Shown here: in pieces, positions 6,755 to 13,665 of the stretch
How positions within the stretch are numbered: position 1 is the stretch's first letter
How the letters are laid out: every line of letters starts with the position of its first letter
Source of the DNA: Halomicrobium mukohataei DSM 12286
GTDB taxonomy: Archaea; Halobacteriota; Halobacteria; Halobacteriales; Haloarculaceae
DNA length: 32,000 bases
Direction: 5' to 3'
Assembly: GCF_000023965.1 (NCBI RefSeq)
Contig: NC_013202.1
Span: forward strand, 690,001-722,000
Program-made: the position numbers and the translations under genes
Notes under the pieces: generated by a model
Databases searched by the model: none
The model's input: only the letters and a program-made list of their open reading frames with translations
What the model was told of the DNA's origin: nothing

Positions 6755-7951
6755 TCAGCGCCACACGGGCTGGCGCTCGCCGTAGGTCAGGGTCCGCCAG
6801 CACCACTCGACCGGACCGAAGCGGAAGAATCGGAGCCACGCGACCGACAGCCCGATCTGGACGGCCCAGATCGCGACGACCACGCCCAGCAGTTCGACGC
6901 GATCGAGCCGCCCGAACAGCCCCAGCCCGTGGCCGTAGAAGATCGACGTGGCCAGGACCGTCTGGAACAGGTAGTTCGTGAAGGCGGTGCGACCGACGGC
7001 CGCCAGCGTCCGGGTGACGATCCCCGTCGGCCGCCAGCGCGCGTACAGCGTCACCGCGCCGACGTAGCCACCGGCCACGAGCAGGCTCCCCCAGTGGTTG
7101 AACTGTCGCCAGTACATCGCGGCCCCGGCCGACCAGTCGTTGGCCTCGACGTACCAGACGCCGGCCAGCACGACCAGGAGGCCGACGACGCCGACGGCGA
7201 CGAGCCGGCGGTAGAACCGCGTCGAGCGCTCGCCGGTCAGCACGCCCCAGCGATAGAGCGCCATCCCGAGGAACATCGAGCCGCCGGCACGCCACAGCGT
7301 CGACCCGACGAAGCCGGAGGTCTGTCGCCGAAACGCCGTCGGGACGCGATGGTCCATCTGTGCGAGCCACCCCGAGCGGTAGGTCGCGACCTCCTGCTGG
7401 AGGGTCGCCGCCGGGGGCTGCCACTGCTGGGCGATCACCGACGGCCCCTGAGCGATGGCGGCGAACAGCTCGGTGGCGAACGGTGCCAGCAAGAAGAGCA
7501 CGCCGAGGCGAGCGAGCACCACAGGCTCGCGGTTGCGAAACGAGACGAGCAAGAGCCCACAGAGGGCGTAGGCGACCAGCACGTCGCCGTACCACAGGAG
7601 GTAGGCGTGGCCGAGCCCCGCGAGGAGGAGCAAGCCGATCCGGCGGTAGTACAGCCCCATCGCCGCCTCGCCGTCCCGGCGCTTGCTGTCGGTAAACAAC
7701 AGGATGCCAGCGCCGAACAGCGCCGAGAACAGCGTGATGAACTTCGACTTCGCGAAGACGTGGGCGGCCAGCCACGCCCAGTAGTTCGCGCCGGTGAGAT
7801 CGCCGTACGTCTGTGGGTTGAGCAGCACCGACTCGGGCATCGCGAACACCCAGACGTTGATGAGGAGGATGCCGAGCACCGCCAGCCCGCGGATGGCGTC
7901 GAGGCTCACGATCCGGTCCGATGGCGGCGTGGGCGTTGCGGCGTCGCTCAT
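6755..7951 (-). CDS. DUF418/YeiB-like polytopic membrane protein
   Basis: The sequence is MSDAATPTPPSDRIVSLDAIRGLAVLGILLINVWVFAMP... followed by about 10 hydrophobic helices. The start overlaps the upstream MBL stop as ATGA at 7948-7951. Confidence 0.8.
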   Translation of the reverse strand: MSDAATPTPPSDRIVSLDAIRGLAVLGILLINVWVFAMPESVLLNPQTYGDLTGANYWAWLAAHVFAKSKFITLFSALFGAGILLFTDSKRRDGEAAMGLYYRRIGLLLLAGLGHAYLLWYGDVLVAYALCGLLLVSFRNREPVVLARLGVLFLLAPFATELFAAIAQGPSVIAQQWQPPAATLQQEVATYRSGWLAQMDHRVPTAFRRQTSGFVGSTLWRAGGSMFLGMALYRWGVLTGERSTRFYRRLVAVGVVGLLVVLAGVWYVEANDWSAGAAMYWRQFNHWGSLLVAGGYVGAVTLYARWRPTGIVTRTLAAVGRTAFTNYLFQTVLATSIFYGHGLGLFGRLDRVELLGVVVAIWAVQIGLSVAWLRFFRFGPVEWCWRTLTYGERQPVWR

Positions 7952-8784
7952 CGCTTCGCCCCCGCGAGCTCGAAGCGCTGGCCGTCGACCGCGACGTCGT
8001 CGCGAAAGGCCTGCTCGGGCGGCACGAAGTGGGCGGTGTGGACGATCCGATACCGGTCGGCCGCGAGGTCGTCGGCCAGCGCGCGGGCACCGGTCAGCGT
8101 CATGTGTTTGGTCCCGAACGTCCGGGGTCGGCCGGCGTCGTCGTAGTGATCGCCGCCGGCCGGGTGATGCGAGCAGAGGTCGGCGTGGACGATCCCCTCG
8201 ACGAGCGCGAGGTCCGCGCCCCGTAACACCTCGCGGGCGTTCTCGTCGATCGCGTAGCTCGTGTCGCCCGAGATCGCGAGGCTCGCGCCGCTGTCGGGAT
8301 CGTCGACGCGGAGGCCGTACGAGACGAGCGGCGGGTGGACGACCGGCACCAGCGTCACCTCGAAGCCCGCCGCCTCGAAGCGCTGGAACGGAGTCCGTCC
8401 GCGGACGGAGATCCGATCGAGGTAGTGATAGCGGTCCCGGATCGTCCCGACGACGCTCGTACCGGTCTGGGGGTCCGTCTCGTCGGCGGCGTACACCGGC
8501 AGCGAGTCGACCAGCCGGTAGACGTTGCCCAGCCCGTCGAGGTGATCGAAGTGGACGTGCGTAACCACTGCGGCGTCGGGCAGCGGGACCGACTCGCGGA
8601 GGAACTGCTGGCGGAAGTCGGGACTGAAGTCGATCAGGAGCGAGTCGCCGTTCACGCGTTCGACGTGGACCGAAAAGCGAGTTCGCTCGACGCCGCGGTC
8701 GCGGGCGCGCTCGCAGGTGGCACAGTCACACCCGACCGTCGGCGTCCCCGTCGTGTCCCCCGTGCCCAGCAGCGTGACCTGCAT
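7948..8784 (-). CDS. MBL-fold metallo-hydrolase (PhnP/PqqB-like)
   Basis: The sequence is MQVTLLGTGDTTGTPTVGCDCATCERAR...VVTHVHFDHLDGL. It has an N-terminal Cys cluster and the HxHxDH motif. Confidence 0.8.
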   Translation of the reverse strand: MQVTLLGTGDTTGTPTVGCDCATCERARDRGVERTRFSVHVERVNGDSLLIDFSPDFRQQFLRESVPLPDAAVVTHVHFDHLDGLGNVYRLVDSLPVYAADETDPQTGTSVVGTIRDRYHYLDRISVRGRTPFQRFEAAGFEVTLVPVVHPPLVSYGLRVDDPDSGASLAISGDTSYAIDENAREVLRGADLALVEGIVHADLCSHHPAGGDHYDDAGRPRTFGTKHMTLTGARALADDLAADRYRIVHTAHFVPPEQAFRDDVAVDGQRFELAGAKR

Positions 8785-8823
8785 CGTCCCCGGATGAGTC
8801 CCTCGCAGACAAAGGCGTGGCGG

Positions 8824-10203
8824 TCAGTGGTCGTGGTCGTGATCGTGATCGTGACCGCCGTCCGGGGTCGCGCTCTCCGCGTTCTCGTCGGAATCCGCAC
8901 CGGAAATATCGCCCCCGGCGACGAGCGCGTCGTGATCGCCGTCGATCATGTCCATGTTCTTGAGGTTGTCCCGCTCCTCGAAGTCGGTGACGGCGTCACG
9001 GAGGTCCTGCTGGGTGAGCGTCGTCCGCTCCTCGGTCAGCGCTTCCAGCACTGCCTCGCGGAGGACGAGCCGGAGGTCGCTGCCGGTCAGCCCCTCGGTG
9101 AGTTCGGCCAGTTCGTCCGGTTCGAAGTCGGCGATGTCCATCTCCTGGGTGACGACCCGGAGGATGTCCGAGCGCATGTCGCGGTCGGGCTTGGGGAAGT
9201 TGACGATCTCGTCGAAGCGCCGCCAGGCCGCGGCGTCGAGCTGGTCCGGGTGGTTGGTCGCGCCGATCAGGAGCACGTCGTCCTGGATGAGGCTGACCTC
9301 GTCGATCGACTTCAGGAGGGTGTTGACCGCGCGCTTGATCGCCGCGTGCTCGTCCGACGAGCGGGTCTTGGCGACGAAGTCGAACTCGTCCATAAAGAGG
9401 ATACACGGCGAGAGTCGCTTGGCCACCTCGAAGGTCTTCTCGACGTTCTTGGCGGTCTCGCCGAGATACTGGGAGGTGATCATCGACAGCTTCACCTCGA
9501 CGAAGGGGAGGTCGAGGTCCTGTGCGAGCGCGCGGGCGACGCTCGTCTTCCCGGTGCCCGGCGGCCCGACAAAGAGGAGCTTCCCGATCTCGCGCAGCCC
9601 GATCTGGGCGAGGTAGTCGCGGTGCTCGATGGCCTTGACGATCTTGTGGATCTCGGCCTCCTGGTCGGGCGTGAGGACGAGCTGGTCCATCGTCATGTCG
9701 ACCTCCTCGGGTGCCCGGACCTCGACGAGGTCGAGCATCCCCTCCTCTTCCTCTTCCTCGTCGAAGGCTTCGTCCAGCAAGGCGTCGATCAGCGCCCGGT
9801 CGGCGCGGGCGGGGCGGTTCTGCTGGCGCGCGCTCTCGTAGTCGACGCCGTCGACGCGGTCCTCGAAGGCCGCGGCCATGACCGGATTGCGCTGGAGGCG
9901 CTCGGCGTCGGTGCGCTTCTCGTACCACTCCTCGGCCATCTCCCGGTCGGTAAAGGAGATCGCGCCGGAGAACTCGTCGCGATCGGTAAACATCAGTCCC
10001 GAGACGGCTTCCCAGGGTCGTTCGATGCCGGTGGCGGTCGTGGCCGCGCTGCTGGTCGGCGTCAACGGTCGCTCGATCTCCCCGTCGGTCCAGAACGCGG
10101 CCCGGTATCCCGACGGGAGATCGTCGGGTTCCAGATCACGCTGTTCGGTGTAGATCTTCGTCGTCAGCAAGAACTCGACGATATCTAGCTCCGGATCACT
10201 CAT
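8824..10203 (-). CDS. AAA+ ATPase with an uncharacterised N-domain and a C-terminal acidic His-Asp repeat tail
   Basis: Walker A is GPPGTGKTS, Walker B is ILFMDEFD, and the second region of homology is GATNHPDQLDAAAWRRFD. The C-terminus ends ...PDGGHDHDHDHDH. Confidence 0.85.
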   Translation of the reverse strand: MSDPELDIVEFLLTTKIYTEQRDLEPDDLPSGYRAAFWTDGEIERPLTPTSSAATTATGIERPWEAVSGLMFTDRDEFSGAISFTDREMAEEWYEKRTDAERLQRNPVMAAAFEDRVDGVDYESARQQNRPARADRALIDALLDEAFDEEEEEEGMLDLVEVRAPEEVDMTMDQLVLTPDQEAEIHKIVKAIEHRDYLAQIGLREIGKLLFVGPPGTGKTSVARALAQDLDLPFVEVKLSMITSQYLGETAKNVEKTFEVAKRLSPCILFMDEFDFVAKTRSSDEHAAIKRAVNTLLKSIDEVSLIQDDVLLIGATNHPDQLDAAAWRRFDEIVNFPKPDRDMRSDILRVVTQEMDIADFEPDELAELTEGLTGSDLRLVLREAVLEALTEERTTLTQQDLRDAVTDFEERDNLKNMDMIDGDHDALVAGGDISGADSDENAESATPDGGHDHDHDHDH

Positions 10204-10308
10204 TCCCAGCCACGTACGCCGGGCACGGGGATAAGTGAATCGAACCGGAGCGTCCGTGGGAGGTCCTCGCGAGGGTAAACGGACGACACCGGCCTCCGAG
10301 TTTGTGAG

Positions 10309-10315
10309 ATTTTAA
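10309..10315 (+). promoter_or_regulatory. TATA-like box for the thiolase gene
   Basis: attttaa lies 26-32 nt upstream of the ATG at 10341. Confidence 0.35.
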
Positions 10316-10340
10316 CACGGCTGCGCTCCACGGTGGGTGT

Positions 10341-11480
10341 ATGACACGGACACCAGTCGTCGTCGACGCGGTACGGACGCCCCAGGGCAAAGAAGACGGC
10401 GTGTACGCCGACACGCGGAGCGAAGACCTCTCTGTGCCGCTGATCAACCAGATGCTCGCGAGCACGGGCGTCGAGTCCGCGCAGGTCGACGACCTCGTGT
10501 GGGGGTGTGCCCAGCAACGGGGCGAGCAGGGCAACAACCTCGCACGCGTGATCGCGCTGCTCTCGGACCTCGGCGAGTCGGTGCCGGGGACGACGGTCAA
10601 CCGCTGGTGTGCCTCCTCGGCACAGGCGATCACGACCGCCGCAGACGCCATCGCCGCCGGACAGCGCGAGTGCGTGATCGCTGGCGGCGTCGAGTCGATG
10701 TCCCGGGTCAAGATGGGCGAGAACACCCACAACGTCCACCCGAAGCTCGCCGAACTCTACAACATCGGCGAGCTTCAGATGGGGATGACCGCCGAGAAGG
10801 TCGCCGACGAGTACGACGTGGCCCGACGGGAACAGGACGAGTACGCCCTGCGGAGCCAGCAACGCGCCGCCGAGGCCACCGAGTCCGGTCGGTTCGACGA
10901 CGAGATCGTCCCGATCGAGACCGACGACGGCCCCGTCGACGCCGACGAGGGCATTCGTCCCGACACCACGCTGGAGAAGCTGGGCGAACTCCCCACCGTC
11001 TTCAAGTCCGACGGCTCCATCACGCCCGGCAACGCCTCGCAGGTGTCCGACGGCGCTGCCGGCCTCCTGCTCACCTCGGAGGCCTTCGCCGAGGAACACG
11101 GGCTCGACGTGCTGGCGGAAGTCGGCGACCACTCGGTGGCCGGCGTCGACCCGACAGTCATGGGCATCGGTCCGGTCCCGGCCGTCGAGTCGCTGTGTGA
11201 GCGGACCGGTCGCGACCCCGAGGAGTACGATCTGGTCGAACTCAACGAGGCCTTCGCCAGCCAGACGCTGTACTGCCAGCGCGAACTGGGCTTCGACGAC
11301 GACAGCTTCAACGTCAACGGCGGGGCCATCGCGATCGGCCACCCGCTGGGAGCCAGCGGCGCACGCCTGCCGGTGACGCTGATCCACGAGATGAACAAAC
11401 GGGACGCGGAACTCGGGCTGGCGACCGAGTGTGTCGGCTTCGGGCAGGGCCAGGCCATCGAGTTCCGTCTGCCCCAGTAG
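10341..11480 (+). CDS. Thiolase (acetyl-CoA C-acyl/acetyltransferase)
   Basis: The sequence is MTRTPVVVDAVRTPQGKEDG...TVNRWCASSAQAI...NVNGGAIAIGHPLGASGARL...CVGFGQGQA. The active-site Cys, the His and the C-terminal CxG motif are present. Confidence 0.93.
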   Translation: MTRTPVVVDAVRTPQGKEDGVYADTRSEDLSVPLINQMLASTGVESAQVDDLVWGCAQQRGEQGNNLARVIALLSDLGESVPGTTVNRWCASSAQAITTAADAIAAGQRECVIAGGVESMSRVKMGENTHNVHPKLAELYNIGELQMGMTAEKVADEYDVARREQDEYALRSQQRAAEATESGRFDDEIVPIETDDGPVDADEGIRPDTTLEKLGELPTVFKSDGSITPGNASQVSDGAAGLLLTSEAFAEEHGLDVLAEVGDHSVAGVDPTVMGIGPVPAVESLCERTGRDPEEYDLVELNEAFASQTLYCQRELGFDDDSFNVNGGAIAIGHPLGASGARLPVTLIHEMNKRDAELGLATECVGFGQGQAIEFRLPQ

Positions 11481-11488
11481 CACCGGCG
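11446..11488 (+). repeat. Direct repeat, copy A (last 11 codons and stop of the thiolase plus 8 nt)
   Basis: agggccaggccatcgagttccgtctgccccagtagcaccggcg is identical to 11680-11722. The offset is 234 nt, which is 78 codons. Degenerate similarity continues for about 8 more nt. Confidence 0.95.
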
Positions 11489-11489
11489 T

Positions 11490-11680
11490 CCGGCGACCGC
11501 GTCGCCGGTTCTCCGAACGCGAGCCGATAGCTCGCGTTCGGCCTTTTTCGCCCACGTTTTTGCGCAAGTGGTTCCCGCAGTGAGCGGTGCGAGGCGCGCC
11601 GAAGGTGGGCCTCGAGGCGAACGGGGAGGGACGACCCGTGAGCAAAGCGAACGAGGGAACCCGCAGCGGAAAAAGGTGGA
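11490..11680 (+). repeat. Modular hairpin-rich interspersed element (MITE/REP-like or structured RNA), copy 1
   Basis: Hairpins are ccggcgac/gtcgccgg (11490-11508), gaacgcgagc/gctcgcgttc (11515-11539) and ggttccc/gggaacc. The cores cggcctttttcgcccacgtttttgcgcaag (11539-11568) and acccgcagcggaaaaaggtgga (11659-11680) are identical to 20497-20526 and 20544-20565. Confidence 0.8.
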
Positions 11681-11722
11681 GGGCCAGGCCATCGAGTTCC
11701 GTCTGCCCCAGTAGCACCGGCG
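11680..11722 (+). repeat. Direct repeat, copy B (non-coding duplicate of the thiolase 3' end)
   Basis: This 43-nt stretch is identical to 11446-11488, including the TAG, and is in the same reading phase as the thiolase. Confidence 0.95.
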
Positions 11723-11808
11723 GCCGCCGAGCGAGCGGTCCGGCGGAGCCGGCAGGTCGCCGATCAGTGAGAGACCACAGAGCGCCAGTTTCGGGGCGTT
11801 CTCGCAGG

Positions 11809-11814
11809 TTTATC
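11809..11814 (+). promoter_or_regulatory. TATA-like box for the thioesterase gene
   Basis: tttatc lies 24-29 nt upstream of the ATG at 11838. Confidence 0.35.
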
Positions 11815-11837
11815 TGTTCGGCGACGCTGAGAGTGGT

Positions 11838-12302
11838 ATGGAAATCGGAGCGATGTTCGAGCGGATCCCGTTCGCCGCGGAGCTGGGTATCGAATTCGAC
11901 GAGGTGGCGGACGGCCACGCCGAGGGCCGCCTGCCGCTGCGCGAGGAGCACTCCTCGAACCCGGGCCGGCAGATCGCCCACGGCGGCGTCACGTTCTCGC
12001 TGGCCGACACCGTCGGCGGCGCGGCCGTCGTCTCGAAGTCCGAGTCCGTCTCGCCGACGATCGACATGCGGATCGACTACCTCGCGCCAGCGACCGCGGA
12101 CTTGCGGGCCGTCGCCGACGTGGTCCGTGCAGGTGAGAGCGTGACGGCCGTCGACATCGAGGTGTACGACGCCGACGACCACCACGTGGCCAGCGCGCGC
12201 GGCGTCTACAAGACCGGCGGCCAGGGCGAGGAGACACCCTGGACCGACGGGACCGACGTCGAGCCAGCCAGCGACGGCGCGGAACAGCGATCCGAGGAGT
12301 AA
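11838..12302 (+). CDS. PaaI-family hotdog-fold acyl-CoA thioesterase
   Basis: The sequence is ...FERIPFAAELGIEFDEVADGHAEGRLPLREEHSNPGRQIAHGGVTFSLADTVGGAAV...TIDMRIDYLAP...TAVDIEVYD. This is the typical PaaI/YbgC pattern. It lies next to the thiolase. Confidence 0.8.
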   Translation: MEIGAMFERIPFAAELGIEFDEVADGHAEGRLPLREEHSSNPGRQIAHGGVTFSLADTVGGAAVVSKSESVSPTIDMRIDYLAPATADLRAVADVVRAGESVTAVDIEVYDADDHHVASARGVYKTGGQGEETPWTDGTDVEPASDGAEQRSEE

Positions 12303-12329
12303 GGCTTGCGAGGGTGACAGCCAGCAGCG

Positions 12330-13577
12330 TCAGTCCCAGATGTCCCCGAACGCGTCCGACACGACTCGATCGCCGACGAGCGCGGCAGTCTCGTTGGTGA
12401 ACGCCCCGGCGCTACTGTTCGTACGCTTGATCGTGGTGAGCGGCGACGCCGTCCCACCGGCCCGTTCGAAGACGAACGCACCGCCAGCGGCCTGCCCGGT
12501 CGTGTTCTGCGGGAAGTCGGCCCCACCACGGAACGAGCGCTGCTTGCTGGCGACGATCCGTTCGGCCGCTGCCCCGTCGCCCGATTCGACGTAGGCGAAC
12601 TGCGTCGTGACGTTTGCGTCCCGCGAGAGACCGCCGGGATCGAACGTCGTCGTCTCGAAGCGGACGACCAGGAGACTGCCGGAGACGGCTCCGACCTCGT
12701 CGCGGTGTTCGACGGTGGCACCCCGGTCTCGAAGCGTCGCGGAAAGTCGCTCGGTGAGTGGGGCCGCCAGCGCGTCGTTGTCGCCGGTGACGACGAGGTG
12801 GACGGTCTGGTTCGGGAGGTCCGGGACACCGGCGTCGGCCGGCGTCGCGGAGACCGACGCCGCCGAAGTGTGGTGGAAGTAGTCGTTCGAAACGGCTGGA
12901 CTGTACGCCAGGGCGACCGGTGTCGTACACACGCCGACGAGGAGTATGCACGACGCGAGGAGTGTTCGTCGTTGCATCGTGTTGAACTGAGAGAGCCGGC
13001 GGGGGTCGAACGGGAAGCTGCGTTCGCCGTCGGTGGAAACGTACGTCACGATGAGAGTCGTGACAGCCCCCGTCGCCGGAACGAGTATCGTCTTCGGGTT
13101 CGAGGCCCCCGACACGGCCGACTGCTCGATACCGCCGACCAGTTCCGTCACTGTCTCGAACAGTGCATACAGGAGCCCGAAGGCGAGGAAGCCACCGAGA
13201 AATCGTTTGAGTTTCGCGATGAGACCCTGTTTGCGGTCGTCGGTGCCGAGGAACACGACGGCCGGGTTCTCACACGGGCCGTACACCGCCATCTCTTTGC
13301 CCCGAGCGGAGTACCGCGTCTCGGTGACCCGGACGAGATCCACCGCTTCGAGCTTCTCGATGTGATACATGACGTTCTGGATCGTCGTGTCCGCTCGCTC
13401 TGCGAGTTCCGCGGGCGTACCCGGCGTGCGGTGGATCTCCGCCAGCACCGTCCGCGTCGTCTGCGAGGAGAGCGCGTCGAAGACCGCGTCGGCTTCCTCG
13501 TCGTCGACATCGAGCAACCGCAGCGGTCCGTCCTGGGACGACTCGGTCTCCGAGCGCGAGGAGGGCAACAGCGACAT
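12330..13577 (-). CDS. Winged-helix (ArsR-like) HTH protein with TM segments, continuous in frame with a signal-peptide-like segment and an extracytoplasmic domain
   Basis: ATG at 13577; the track start at 13631 is a TTG. The HTH is TRTVLAEIHRTPGTPAELAERADTTIQNVMYHIEKLEAVDLVRV. It is followed by hydrophobic helices, then MQRRTLLASCILLVGVCTTPVALA (ATG at 12977), which looks like a Tat/lipobox signal, and then about 190 aa of a Ser/Thr/Ala-rich domain. There is no in-frame stop between the two parts. Confidence 0.6.
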   Translation of the reverse strand: MSLLPSSRSETESSQDGPLRLLDVDDEEADAVFDALSSQTTRTVLAEIHRTPGTPAELAERADTTIQNVMYHIEKLEAVDLVRVTETRYSARGKEMAVYGPCENPAVVFLGTDDRKQGLIAKLKRFLGGFLAFGLLYALFETVTELVGGIEQSAVSGASNPKTILVPATGAVTTLIVTYVSTDGERSFPFDPRRLSQFNTMQRRTLLASCILLVGVCTTPVALAYSPAVSNDYFHHTSAASVSATPADAGVPDLPNQTVHLVVTGDNDALAAPLTERLSATLRDRGATVEHRDEVGAVSGSLLVVRFETTTFDPGGLSRDANVTTQFAYVESGDGAAAERIVASKQRSFRGGADFPQNTTGQAAGGAFVFERAGGTASPLTTIKRTNSSAGAFTNETAALVGDRVVSDAFGDIWD

Positions 13578-13665
13578 ACTGGTCGTACGAAGCAGGGAGC
13601 CGTGTGCATTTAGTGATACCTCTGTGTTCAACGGCGATTGAACACAGGACGACGAGGGAGAAGTG

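Noticed and set aside
11481-11714. A possible programmed stop-codon read-through of the thiolase. The frame after the TAG stays open for 78 codons and ends in a second copy of the native C-terminus.
   Set aside because: Open frames of this length are common in GC-rich sequence. The translated insert (HRRPATASPVLRTRADSS...) is basic and unlike a haloarchaeal protein. No read-through signal is evident. It is kept only as a caveat within the duplication finding.
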